Sequence record: DRR378314_301
Length of the DNA stretch: 64,000 nt
Direction: 5' to 3' (one strand)
Shown here: piece by piece, positions 7,497 to 17,547 of the stretch
Position numbering within the stretch: position 1 is the first letter of the stretch
How the letters are laid out: each line of letters begins with the position of its first letter
Translations under genes and position numbers: made by a program
The notes under the pieces: model-generated
The model's database searches: none
What the model was told of the DNA's origin: nothing
What the model saw: only the letters and a program-made list of their open reading frames with translations

Positions 7497-9221
7497 ATGC
7501 GCCTGAAGCAGTATCTGCCTTTTCTGGGCTGGTTGCCGGAATACCGGCGTGAGCAGGCGGTCAGCGATCTGGTCGCTGCGGTGATTGTCACCGTGATGCT
7601 GATTCCCCAGTCCCTGGCCTATGCTTTACTGGCCGGGCTGCCTGCGCAGGTGGGGCTTTACGCCAGTATCCTGCCCTTGGTGCTGTACGCCCTGTTTGGC
7701 ACCAGCCGTACCCTCTCGGTTGGGCCCGTGGCCGTTATTGCACTGATGACCGCTGCGGTGCTGGCCCCTGTTGCTATGCCTGGTACCCCGGAGTATGTCG
7801 CGGGCGCGGTGTTGCTAGGGGTTATATCGGGGCTGATGCTGTTAGTAATGGGAATGTTGCGGCTTGGGTTCCTGGCCAATTTTCTCAGCCATCCCGTGAT
7901 CTCGGGGTTTATTACGGCCTCCGGCCTGGTGATTGCGGCCAGCCAACTGAAACACATCCTGGGCGTAGAAGCGACGGGCCACAATCTGATTGAGATTGGC
8001 TCGTCACTCTTGTCGAGTGTGGGGGATTTCCATTGGCCGACGTTTCTGGTCGGTGCTGGTGCGCTGGTGTTTCTGTTGCTTTCCCGTCAATGGCTCAACC
8101 CCCTGCTGCAAAAGCTGGGCGTTGGCCTGCGGCTGTCTGGGCTTCTCACCAGGGCGACGCCCATCCTCGCGGTGATGGTAACCACCTTTCTGGCCTGGTG
8201 GTTGGGCTTGCAGGAACGTGGTGTGGCCGTTGTAGGCGCCATTCCCGGGGGATTGCCGTCGTTCGCGCTTCCGCCCCTGGAATGGTCGCTCTGGACATCG
8301 TTGGTGGTAGGCGCTCTGCTGATCAGCGTTGTTGGGTTTGTGGAGTCAGTGTCGGTGGGGCAAACGCTTGCAGCCAAGCGGCGCCAGCGTATTGACCCTG
8401 ATCAGGAATTGATCGGGCTCGGCGCGGCCAATCTTGGCGCGGGGTTTTCCGGCGGTATGCCGGTAACCGGTGGGTTCTCGCGCTCGGTTGTGAACTTTGA
8501 TGCCGGGGCGGAAACCCCGGCGGCCGGCCTGTTTACCGCCATTGGCATCGCATTGGCGACCGTGTATCTGACGCCGGCCATCGCTTACCTCCCCAAGGCC
8601 GTCCTGGCGGCAACCATCATCGTGGCGGTGGCGACTCTGATTGACCTGTCTGCGTTGGTGCGCACCTGGCGTTACTCCCGCTCGGATTTTGGGGCGATGC
8701 TGGCAACCATTCTGTTGACCCTGCTCTACAGCGTCGAGGCGGGGATCATTGCGGGCGTCGCGATGTCCGTGGGGTTGTTCCTATACAGAACAAGTCGTCC
8801 ACACAGCGCCATTATCGGCCGCGTACCGGGTACGCAACATTTTCGCAATGTGCGGCGGCATCAGGTCGAAACCTGCCCGAAAGTGACCTTCCTGCGGATC
8901 GATGAAAGCCTGTATTTCGCCAATGCCCGCTTCCTGGAGGAAACTGTGATGGATCTGGTCACGGCGCAGCCGGAACTGCGGGACCTGGTGCTGGTGTGCC
9001 CTGCGGTCAATCAGGTGGATGCATCGGCGCTGGAAAGCCTGGAAACCATCAATCTGCGACTGCAGGACGCCTGCGTTCGACTGCATTTGTCCGACGTCAA
9101 AGGGCCAGTGATGGATCGGCTCAAAAACACGGAATTGCTGAAAAAGTTAGGGGGCGAGGTTTACCTTTGTGCGTTTGATGCCTGGCAGGCGTTGACGGAA
9201 CACGCCAACGAAGCTGTTTGA
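7497..9221 (+). CDS. SulP family anion transporter with STAS domain
   Basis: PQSLAYALLAGLP..GLY, GGFSRSVVN, RIDESLYFANA. Confidence 0.95.
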   Translation: MRLKQYLPFLGWLPEYRREQAVSDLVAAVIVTVMLIPQSLAYALLAGLPAQVGLYASILPLVLYALFGTSRTLSVGPVAVIALMTAAVLAPVAMPGTPEYVAGAVLLGVISGLMLLVMGMLRLGFLANFLSHPVISGFITASGLVIAASQLKHILGVEATGHNLIEIGSSLLSSVGDFHWPTFLVGAGALVFLLLSRQWLNPLLQKLGVGLRLSGLLTRATPILAVMVTTFLAWWLGLQERGVAVVGAIPGGLPSFALPPLEWSLWTSLVVGALLISVVGFVESVSVGQTLAAKRRQRIDPDQELIGLGAANLGAGFSGGMPVTGGFSRSVVNFDAGAETPAAGLFTAIGIALATVYLTPAIAYLPKAVLAATIIVAVATLIDLSALVRTWRYSRSDFGAMLATILLTLLYSVEAGIIAGVAMSVGLFLYRTSRPHSAIIGRVPGTQHFRNVRRHQVETCPKVTFLRIDESLYFANARFLEETVMDLVTAQPELRDLVLVCPAVNQVDASALESLETINLRLQDACVRLHLSDVKGPVMDRLKNTELLKKLGGEVYLCAFDAWQALTEHANEAV

Positions 9222-9308
9222 TCTACTCCCCCTAAAAGCCAGATGGGGAGGACGGCAACGTTGCGTTGGACTGCTATCATCCGGCCCTTCCTGTTGCCGG
9301 AACAGCCC

Positions 9309-10691
9309 ATGGTCCACAGTTCAGGCCCCGTGCGCCAGCGGTTGATGACCCTGGCCTGGCCCATCATTATCCAGTTTTACCTGTTTCAGCTTACCGGCGT
9401 GGTGGACAACCTGATGGTTGGCCAGTTTGGTGAGCAGACCATTGCTGCGCTGGGTATCTGCCTCCAGCTGAATTTCCTGGTGGTGCTCTGCTATGCGGCT
9501 CTGACCGAGGGTGGTGCCGTGATCACCGCTCAGCTGCGTGGCGCCGGGAAGCACGCCGAGATCCGTGAGACGCTGGCAACCCTTCTGACCGCTGGTTTGT
9601 TTGCTGGCGTGGCTATTGGGGCGCTCTATATTGCCTGTGGCGAGTCTCTTCTGGCCCTGCTGACGACGGACCTGTTTCGCGCGCCGGCGGAGCGCTCCGG
9701 GCTGCCGGGCATTGGCTATGGCTACCTATGGATCATCGGGCTTGGGTTGCCTGCGCTGGTGATTGCCCATGTGGCGATGTACGTGCTCCAGGCTCTGGGC
9801 AATACCCGCACGCCCATGCGCCTGGCTCTTTACGGCAATGTGCTTAACGCCCTGGGCAATTACCTGTTGCTGTTCGGCGGCGCCATCCAGGGTATAACCG
9901 AGCCACTGTTTCCGTCTTTTGGGCTCCCCGGTGTTGCAATCGCCACTGTGCTGGCGTGGTTGTTCCAGGCGGTGTTCATGCTGAGAGCCGTTCTCCGTCA
10001 CCCGGCGGTTAACGCCCGGGTCAGGGATGTCTCCGGGCTGGCATGGCAAAGGCTCCGGCGCATTCTGTACCTGGGGTACCCGCTCTCCGTAGACGGCTTT
10101 CTGTGGCAAGGGTCGGCGTTCATCTACACGATGATGTTTAACCGAGTGGGTGCGGAGGCTTACGCAGCGTTTCTGGTGGCATCGATCATTCGTGGGTTTT
10201 CTCTGGCTCCGGGCGTTGGGTTGCAACAGGCGGCCAGCATCGCCCTTGGGGAATCGCTGGGCGGATGTCATCCGCAGCGGGCACGAGCGTACACTGCCAT
10301 AGGTATTCGCATGGTGTTGCTGGTGCTGCCGTTGCTGACATTGATCGTGGCATTACTGACCCCCGTGTTCCTGCAGTTCTACGAGATCAGCGATATAACG
10401 CGGGAGCGGGTGATCTGGATGGTGGCGCTCAGCGTTCTCTACAGCGGTGCCACGGCATTGACCATGATTATTCCGGGTATCTTGCGGGCTGGCGGTGATA
10501 CCCGTGCGCCGATGGTGATTACGCTGATTGGCTTTGCCGGTGTCGGAGTGCCCGTGGCCTGGTACTTCGGGTTGTCACTTGGGTTTGGCCTTTGGGGCGT
10601 CTTTGCAGGCTTTGTTGCGGACGAAGTGGTGAAAGCCGTTATCATGGTGGTCTACCTGCGGCGTGAAACCTGGCTTCGGCGCCTGGCCTGA
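9309..10691 (+). CDS. MATE family efflux transporter
   Basis: LAWPII..VDNLMVGQFG, GNTRTPM, LRAGGDTRAPM, ~12 TM segments. Confidence 0.9.
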   Translation: MVHSSGPVRQRLMTLAWPIIIQFYLFQLTGVVDNLMVGQFGEQTIAALGICLQLNFLVVLCYAALTEGGAVITAQLRGAGKHAEIRETLATLLTAGLFAGVAIGALYIACGESLLALLTTDLFRAPAERSGLPGIGYGYLWIIGLGLPALVIAHVAMYVLQALGNTRTPMRLALYGNVLNALGNYLLLFGGAIQGITEPLFPSFGLPGVAIATVLAWLFQAVFMLRAVLRHPAVNARVRDVSGLAWQRLRRILYLGYPLSVDGFLWQGSAFIYTMMFNRVGAEAYAAFLVASIIRGFSLAPGVGLQQAASIALGESLGGCHPQRARAYTAIGIRMVLLVLPLLTLIVALLTPVFLQFYEISDITRERVIWMVALSVLYSGATALTMIIPGILRAGGDTRAPMVITLIGFAGVGVPVAWYFGLSLGFGLWGVFAGFVADEVVKAVIMVVYLRRETWLRRLA

Positions 10692-10728
10692 CGCCGTTTA
10701 ACCCGCGCACACTCAGGAGCTCCATGCC

Positions 10729-11388
10729 ATGGGAATGACGGAGAACCTGCTCTCTGCCAGCCAACTGTTGGTGACTGGCCTTATCTTCCTGGCTGTTCTG
10801 GTGGCCGCCGTGCGGGGAATCGATTGGGCCGAGTTCCGCCGGGATCAGGCCCTTCAACACGCGTTCTTCGGCGCCGCTGTGGTGCTGGGGTTTGTCTGGC
10901 AGCTCAGGGCGGGTATTTCGCCGGGGCTGTCCATCCACGTGTTCGGTATGACGCTGATCACCCTGATGATGGGGTGGCGGCTGGCGGTGCTGTCGGGGTT
11001 GCTTGCCCTGGTGATCACCGTGATTACCGGCCGCGAACCGCTCATAGCCTTTGCCGCCAATGGTCTGGTCACCGTGATGGTGCCGGCCCTGGTCAGCCAT
11101 GGCATCATGCTGTGGGAGCGCAAACGAGATTTCCGTAATTTCTTCGCGTACATTTTCTTCTGCGGTTTTTTCGGAGCGGGCATTTCGGTGGCTGTGGCGG
11201 GCGTGGTGATGTGCCTGATGCTGTGGTCTGCCGGGGTGTACACCTTTGCGGAACTGATCCACGAATATTTGCGCTATCTACCCCTGTTCATGATTCCTGA
11301 GGGGTTCGTGAACGGTGCCTTTGTGACCGGATTGATGGTGTTTCATCCGGATCGGTTACTGACGCTGGATCAACGGCGTTATCGCTGA
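10729..11388 (+). CDS. CbiM-like energy-coupling-factor membrane component
   Basis: GLSIHVFGMTLITLMMGW, PEGFVNG, highly hydrophobic; no partner ECF genes adjacent. Confidence 0.7.
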   Translation: MGMTENLLSASQLLVTGLIFLAVLVAAVRGIDWAEFRRDQALQHAFFGAAVVLGFVWQLRAGISPGLSIHVFGMTLITLMMGWRLAVLSGLLALVITVITGREPLIAFAANGLVTVMVPALVSHGIMLWERKRDFRNFFAYIFFCGFFGAGISVAVAGVVMCLMLWSAGVYTFAELIHEYLRYLPLFMIPEGFVNGAFVTGLMVFHPDRLLTLDQRRYR

Positions 11389-11415
11389 GCAGCCAACGGC
11401 CGTGTGTTCCTGGTT

Positions 11416-11952
11416 TTACTGATTCCGCCAACGGGAATGCTTCTGAAGCTTCCGCTGCAGGGTTCGTCGATGCATGTTCAGCGCCCGGGCCGTTGAGGAC
11501 ACGTTGCCGTCGTGTTCGTTCAGCACCCTCTGAATGTGTTCCCACTCCATTTCCTCCACCGTTGGCGGCTCTTCACGCGTGGCAGGGAGGCTGTCCAATG
11601 GGCGAAAACCGGCTGTCAGTTGGCTCAGTGTGACCGGTTTGCACAGGTAATTGATGGCGCCCCGCCGCATGGCTTCCACGGCGGTGGCGATGCTGCCGTA
11701 ACCGGTCAGTACCAGCACCTCCAGCTCGGGTTGATGGGCGATTAGCTCCGGTAGCAGTTGCAGGCCGCTTTCGCCAGCCAGGTTGAGGTCGAGCACGCAG
11801 CGGTCAAAGGCCTGCGATTCCAGCGCCGCCAGAGCCTCCCGACGATTGAGGGCGCACACGGCCTCAATGTTCTGGCGTTTCAGGGAGCGTTGGAGCACCT
11901 GCACGAAAGCGCCGTCATCGTCGATCAGCAACCAGGCTGGTTGATCGTTCAT
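11416..11952 (-). CDS. RegA/PrrA/ActR-type response regulator
   Basis: REC domain (IDDD, DLNL, LTGYGSIATAV) plus WEHIQRVL..NVSSTARALNMHRRTLQRKL. Confidence 0.92.
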   Translation of the reverse strand: MNDQPAWLLIDDDGAFVQVLQRSLKRQNIEAVCALNRREALAALESQAFDRCVLDLNLAGESGLQLLPELIAHQPELEVLVLTGYGSIATAVEAMRRGAINYLCKPVTLSQLTAGFRPLDSLPATREEPPTVEEMEWEHIQRVLNEHDGNVSSTARALNMHRRTLQRKLQKHSRWRNQ

Positions 11953-13226
11953 TCCGTTTCCTTTCCGTCCAGTGTGTTGGCTTGCGCCTGTGGCAAGTCG
12001 ATGATCATCGTCGTGCCTGTTTGGTCGGCCCGAGCTTTAAGGGTGCCGCCGTGGCGCTGGATGGTGGCGTTGGACAGGAACAGTCCCACGCCCAGGCCAT
12101 GTTCTGAGTCCACAACACCATCGCCGGCGGTGTTTTGCAGTGAGAGTTCCAGGCCCTTACCGTGGTCTTCGACCACGATTGCGACTCGGCCTACGTCGCT
12201 GTTGCCCGCGCTAACGGCGACCCACGACGGGCTGGCCGTCAGCGCGTTGGCCAGAAGGTTCAGAATGGCCTGGTCCAGGGTCGCATCCACGGCGACGGGG
12301 TGGTCGGGAAACGGCACCTGCCATTGGATGGGCGATGCCGGCCACAATAGCGTTGCTGACTCCCGCAGCCGCATCATCCAGAAGTGCAGTGGGAGGATTT
12401 CCTGCTGTGCGGCTTTGGCCTGCATAGCGGCGGTGGACAGTTGGTGCAGGTGGTTGCTGCACAGACCCAGTTGCTGCTCCATCAGCCCAAGATCGTCCGC
12501 AAGCGCAGCGTCGGTGTGCGCTGACTTCATTTCATCCACCAGCAGCGCCATGGTGTTCAGCGGGGTGCCCAGGCGATGGGCGACGGCTGCGGCGGATAGA
12601 CCCAGAGCAATCACCTGTTCATCTCTGAGCCGGTTTTCCCGAAATTCGGCCAGTTGCACCTGTTTCTGGCGCAACCGGCGGGCCAGAGAGCCAACCACCA
12701 GCAACAGCATGGTGGCGGTGATGGCAAAGGTGACCCACATGCCCATCAGGTGCAGTTGGGTCAGGTTGGCGTTGTGGTGTTCATGGGTAAGCGGTGTGTA
12801 CCAAAGCACCATGGCGGTGTAGAAGCCAAAACCAATGACGGTCAGAGCAATGCTCTCGCGCAGGGGGACCAGGATGATCGCAACGGCAATGGGAAGCAGC
12901 AGCAGGGACACCAGCGGATTCGTGTAGCCACCGGTGAGGAACAGCCAGGCGCTGATCAGGAAAAGATCAAGAGCGAGCCCAAGACTGACCGTGACCGTTG
13001 ACCGGGGCGGACGGCGAGTAAACCAGAGCCAGCCAAGGGTCGCCAGTACGGTATAGAGCAGGCATATCAGCAGGGCTTCTGGCCTGTGGGCCAGGGTTAC
13101 CATGGTGTCGGCGATGGCAACGGCGACCAGCTGAATGACCACAATGGCCAGGCGCATGGTGAGAAGGTAGCGCGCTGCCTGCTGAAAACCGGTTTGAGAG
13201 TGAGTGAGCCATTCCATGGCATGCAT
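11949..13226 (-). CDS. RegB/PrrB/ActS-type sensor histidine kinase
   Basis: GGYTNPL membrane motif, H-box AHRLGTPL, N-box NLLANAL, GLGVGLFL. Confidence 0.88.
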   Translation of the reverse strand: MHAMEWLTHSQTGFQQAARYLLTMRLAIVVIQLVAVAIADTMVTLAHRPEALLICLLYTVLATLGWLWFTRRPPRSTVTVSLGLALDLFLISAWLFLTGGYTNPLVSLLLLPIAVAIILVPLRESIALTVIGFGFYTAMVLWYTPLTHEHHNANLTQLHLMGMWVTFAITATMLLLVVGSLARRLRQKQVQLAEFRENRLRDEQVIALGLSAAAVAHRLGTPLNTMALLVDEMKSAHTDAALADDLGLMEQQLGLCSNHLHQLSTAAMQAKAAQQEILPLHFWMMRLRESATLLWPASPIQWQVPFPDHPVAVDATLDQAILNLLANALTASPSWVAVSAGNSDVGRVAIVVEDHGKGLELSLQNTAGDGVVDSEHGLGVGLFLSNATIQRHGGTLKARADQTGTTMIIDLPQAQANTLDGKETE

Positions 13227-13287
13227 TCTAGCGGGTTTTCGGCGGTGCTACTGAGGGAATGCCTTTAATGGGATGCGGCATTCTGTC

Positions 13288-14367
13288 TCACGCACCGTGC
13301 GTGCGTGACTCCAGCGGTTCCAGAAGGTTGGCGGTTGCTTCCGCCGGGATGATCAGGTTGCGGCCGCGATCCTTTGCTTCGTAGAGGCGCTTGTCGGCCT
13401 CCCTCACCAATTGGCGCAGCGTTTCGCCGTCTGGGCCAAATTCCGCCACGCCGCCACTGAGGGTCAGCCGGATAACATCATTGTCGACGGTCAGCGGGGT
13501 AGAGGCAACGGCAATACGGATTTTTTCGGCCACCTCCAGGCCCTGCTGGCCGTTGGTGTTGGTCAGGAGTATGCCAAATTCTTCGCCGCCCAGGCGCGCG
13601 GGCAGGTCCGTGGCGCGCAGGCATTCCCGAAAAATACGGGCAACGTGCTTCAGGGCCAGGTCGCCGGTGTCGTGGCCATATCGGTCGTTGACCTCTTTGA
13701 AATGATCGAGGTCCAGCGCGAGTAAGGTCATCGGCGTGTTATAGCGGCGCGCGCGCTGTTGCTCCCGCTCGAAGATGTCGCTGAGCCTGGCCCGGTTGGC
13801 AAGGCCGGTGAGGGTATCGGTTTGGGCGATTTTGAGCAGCTGGCGCTGTGACTGTTCCCGGGTCACTTCATAAACGTGAGAGAACACCAGGATGCACAGC
13901 GAAATGACGGCGATGTTGGCGATCGGCAGCGCCTGCATCATGGTCGGTTCGTCGTGATGCCTGAGCAGAAAAATACAACCGGCAATGCTCATGTAGAACA
14001 CCGATATCGCCAGACCGAGCCTACGGCCCATCAGCAGGTGCGAGATGATCGGGATTAGCAGAACCCAGGCATGTACCGTTGCGGAAGCCCTGGGGATCGT
14101 CATGGCGAACATCATGGCGGTGAAGAACGGGATGGCGTAGGCAATAATCCATCGTTCCAGGTGGCGGGTGTCGCGTATCGCCCTGAAAACCAGGATGGCA
14201 TACGCAGCCATGACGAGCTCAACAATGGCTAATGAGTAACTGCCTTTAAGCAGGTTAAGGGCGGCAAAGAGAGATCCCCCCAGCACGGTGAGAACCAGCA
14301 ATGCCTTCAATACCGCCTTGCGATAAGGGCGCGCCAGGGCTTTCAGAGGTTCTTTGTAGCTATCCAT
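13288..14367 (-). CDS. Membrane-bound GGDEF diguanylate cyclase
   Basis: N-terminal TM helices, DTLTGLANR, RATD I-site, GGEEF. Confidence 0.92.
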   Translation of the reverse strand: MDSYKEPLKALARPYRKAVLKALLVLTVLGGSLFAALNLLKGSYSLAIVELVMAAYAILVFRAIRDTRHLERWIIAYAIPFFTAMMFAMTIPRASATVHAWVLLIPIISHLLMGRRLGLAISVFYMSIAGCIFLLRHHDEPTMMQALPIANIAVISLCILVFSHVYEVTREQSQRQLLKIAQTDTLTGLANRARLSDIFEREQQRARRYNTPMTLLALDLDHFKEVNDRYGHDTGDLALKHVARIFRECLRATDLPARLGGEEFGILLTNTNGQQGLEVAEKIRIAVASTPLTVDNDVIRLTLSGGVAEFGPDGETLRQLVREADKRLYEAKDRGRNLIIPAEATANLLEPLESRTHGA

Positions 14368-14607
14368 GGGGCGAGGTCTGCGGTGGCCCGGTAACTCAAT
14401 GTATCCGGCTGGTAAGAATGTGTAGGCAATGTAAGCACAAGTAAAGAGGGGCGAATTAGATCAGATTTTCAGCAAAAAGTGATGGGAATTAAGACTAAAG
14501 TCGTAGAATTTTTGCCGGGAAAGTGGGATTTACCGCCGTTCTCACCCGGATCCATAAGCGGATTCGCGCTGTATAGTACCCAAAGACATTGTTCAGCGGA
14601 GTGTGTG

Positions 14608-15276
14608 ATGGATAGCCGGGTACTGGCTGTTGAAGGGGTGAGCAAGCGGTTTGTCAGTGGGGAGCAGCGGGTGCCCGTGCTGGCGGACCTGTCCCTGTCC
14701 TTGGGAGCGGGTGATTCTCTGGCGGTTGTTGGACGCTCGGGGTCTGGCAAGAGCACCCTGTTGAACCTGCTGTGCGGCCTTCAGCCACTGGATGCCGGGC
14801 GCATTGTGGTGGCAGGCGAATCCTTCGGTTCCTCCGAGAGCACGGACTCTGAAGCGCGCTGGGCAGAGCTTCGACGCCGGACCCTTGGTATTGTGTTTCA
14901 GAACCTTAACCTAATGCCCGCGCTCTCGCTGTTGGATAATGTGCGGTTGCGCGCGCATCTGGCCGGCCATTCGGCCGGCGGAGAACGGCAGTGGCTGGAG
15001 CGCCTGGGAGTGGGCGCCGAAGCCAACCGCTACCCGGATCAGGTGTCTGGCGGCCAGGCCCAGCGCGCGGCATTGGCCATGGTGTTTGCCATGGCTCCGG
15101 CGCTGATCCTGGCGGATGAGCCTACTGGTAGCCTTGATCGTCATACCGCCGATACGGTGGCCGACTGCCTGTTTTCCCAGCAACAGGAGACTGGCTGCGC
15201 CCTGGTGCTGGCCACCCACGACCGCGAGTTGGCTTCCCGCTGTGATCACCTGCTTGATTTGAGCGCCTCCGGGTAA
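14608..15276 (+). CDS. ABC transporter ATP-binding protein (LolD/AttE-like)
   Basis: GRSGSGKST, VSGGQAQR, LILADEPTGSLD, ATHD. Confidence 0.92.
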   Translation: MDSRVLAVEGVSKRFVSGEQRVPVLADLSLSLGAGDSLAVVGRSGSGKSTLLNLLCGLQPLDAGRIVVAGESFGSSESTDSEARWAELRRRTLGIVFQNLNLMPALSLLDNVRLRAHLAGHSAGGERQWLERLGVGAEANRYPDQVSGGQAQRAALAMVFAMAPALILADEPTGSLDRHTADTVADCLFSQQQETGCALVLATHDRELASRCDHLLDLSASG

Positions 15277-15279
15277 CTG

Positions 15280-17547
15280 ATGATGCTGGTGCGTGCCTTC
15301 GTCAGTCATTACCGCCGCCACCCGTTTCAGCTCGCCGCGCTGGCGCTGATGATCGTGTTGGCCACTATGTTGTGGGCCGGGGTTTCTGTGTTGACCGATC
15401 AGGCCCGCAACAGCCTGTTTCAGAGCGAGGAAGCGGTGGCGACTCGGCATCAGGTGGTGCGGACCGATGGCCAGCCAACAGGCGTTGATGATTTCGCCAG
15501 GCTGCGCAAGGCGGGTGCCTGCGTTGCGCCCTGGCTGGAGGTACAGCGGCCACCACCCGAGGGACGTGTGATCGGCATCGACCCGCTGGCCATGGGGTGT
15601 TTTGGTGACTCCGTTCCCGGCGGAAACAGCGGTACGCTGGACGGCGCGCCTTTTTTGGATGTCAGCGAAGCCGCAAGGCTGTCCCGCGAGGGCTATGAAA
15701 GCCGGCTTTACCTGCTGGCGGCGAATGAGAGCGCCGAGCTGCCGCCGGGCTACACACTGCGGAAATTCTCGCTCGGGCCGCCCACGGGCGAGCTTGCAGA
15801 CAGTTTCCTGCTGAACCTGGATGCGCTGAGCCTGCTGGTACTGTTGATCACCGGCCTGCTGGTGCGCAGCGTGCACCGCCTGGGCGTTGCGCAGCGTCGT
15901 GACAGCCTGGCCCTGCTTTATCGCTACGGGGTGCCTCACCGACGCGTGATGCAATTGCTGGCACTGGAGTTATTCGCGTTAAGCGGTGTTTGCGTGTTAC
16001 CGGGGCTATGGCTCGGGGTGCGGCTTGCCGACGTTTTGGGGAACGGGTTTGGGCAGGCGCTGGGCAGCCTGTTCGACGTGGCTTTGTACGCTGGCTCTGG
16101 CACGGCCCTGCCCTGGCGGGCCGGCGGAGTAATGATAGCGTTGGTGCTGGCGGCCTGCCTGGTGGATTGGGTGGTTCCACGGCGTTGGCGCGCTGAGGCG
16201 ACGACGGCCCGGGGGCGGTTCATCGCGACATTGGTGCTTCTAGCGGGGCTGGCGGGCGTGCTCTTGGCTCCGAGCCTGGCTTGGGTATTTACCGCAACGG
16301 CCCTGGTATTCCTGGGGGTTGGCTGGCTCACTCCCGCGTTGCTGGCACTGTGCGCGCAGCGGCTCTCTGACCGGGCTGGTTTGCAGGGAGACGGCGCGCT
16401 TGATCGCTGGCGGCATAGGGAGCTGGCAGTGATGTTTCGGCACCTGGCTTTGCCGGTGGTAGCGCTGCAGTTTGCGATGGCGACGGTGCTGGCGGTGCAG
16501 GCACTGGTCACCACCTTTGAGGGTACCTTTGACGAATGGCTGGCCCAGCGCCTGGAGGCCGAATTCTACGTGGAGGTGCCGCATGGGGCGGACGCTACGC
16601 TGGCAGCAGAGCAACTTCGGATTCTGGACGGCATCGGTGCCTGGCACCGCGTTATCCGCGGCGAAGCACGGATCCGCCCCGCCACCACGGCCGGCCGGGA
16701 GGGCATGGACAACGCCCGCGTTCCGGTGGACCTGTTTGCCCTGGCACCGATCAGTGATCTGGTGACAGGCTGGACCCTGCTGGCGAGCGTTAAAGACCCC
16801 TGGCAGAGGCTTGAGTCCGATGGCGTGATGGTCAACGAACAACTGGCACGCCGACACCAACTGCAGCTGGGCGACACGCTGGATATTGCCCTGGCGGAAA
16901 CCACAACCAAACGAAACGTGGTGGCGATCTATGCCGACTATGGCCGCCCGGCCGGTGAAATCCTGATCTCTGGGGCTGCATTGCCCGAGGCCTTTCATGC
17001 GCGCTTTGAGAGCTTCTCGGTGAACCCCGGGAACCTCGCCATAACGGATATCCGCAATCGTTTGGCAGACACCTGGGATACGCCGGAACTGACCGTCCGG
17101 GACAATGACAGCATTCGCTCCCTGGCCTCGGACGTCTTCGGCCAGACGTTCCTGCTTACCCGTGCCATCAGCCTGCTGACGCTGGTGCTTGCGGCGATTG
17201 CACTGCTGATCATGGGGTGGGTCTTTTTCACGACTCGGGTGTGGTTCTTCCGTTTGCTGGGTATCTGGGGCCTGCCTGTATCGGAGGTCGCGCGCCAGAT
17301 CCGGCGTCTGTCGGTGGCGCTGACTGTCGCGGTGACCATCGCTGCCCTGCCTCTGGGTATCTGGCTCACCTGGGTGCTGGTGAGCCGGATCAACCCGCTG
17401 GCCTTCGGGTGGTCACTGCCAATGGCGATTTACCCATGGTTCTGGGTTGAGCTCGTGGTGGTGGCCGTGGCGATGGGGCTGATCGTTGCACGCCTGATGC
17501 GCAGGCAGTTAGTGCATCCTGCGAACGCAAGAGAGGTGGCCTCATGA
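15280..17547 (+). CDS. FtsX-like ABC permease (AttF/G-like)
   Basis: Two FtsX-like repeats, SFLLNLDALSLL, INPLAFGWSLP. Confidence 0.85.
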   Translation: MMLVRAFVSHYRRHPFQLAALALMIVLATMLWAGVSVLTDQARNSLFQSEEAVATRHQVVRTDGQPTGVDDFARLRKAGACVAPWLEVQRPPPEGRVIGIDPLAMGCFGDSVPGGNSGTLDGAPFLDVSEAARLSREGYESRLYLLAANESAELPPGYTLRKFSLGPPTGELADSFLLNLDALSLLVLLITGLLVRSVHRLGVAQRRDSLALLYRYGVPHRRVMQLLALELFALSGVCVLPGLWLGVRLADVLGNGFGQALGSLFDVALYAGSGTALPWRAGGVMIALVLAACLVDWVVPRRWRAEATTARGRFIATLVLLAGLAGVLLAPSLAWVFTATALVFLGVGWLTPALLALCAQRLSDRAGLQGDGALDRWRHRELAVMFRHLALPVVALQFAMATVLAVQALVTTFEGTFDEWLAQRLEAEFYVEVPHGADATLAAEQLRILDGIGAWHRVIRGEARIRPATTAGREGMDNARVPVDLFALAPISDLVTGWTLLASVKDPWQRLESDGVMVNEQLARRHQLQLGDTLDIALAETTTKRNVVAIYADYGRPAGEILISGAALPEAFHARFESFSVNPGNLAITDIRNRLADTWDTPELTVRDNDSIRSLASDVFGQTFLLTRAISLLTLVLAAIALLIMGWVFFTTRVWFFRLLGIWGLPVSEVARQIRRLSVALTVAVTIAALPLGIWLTWVLVSRINPLAFGWSLPMAIYPWFWVELVVVAVAMGLIVARLMRRQLVHPANAREVAS

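Noticed and set aside
11758-12822. Long antisense ORFs (also 14911-15954, 21441-22340, 57418-58602, 60377-61423 and others)
   Set aside because: Shadow frames of well-supported genes in GC-rich DNA with no recognisable motifs.
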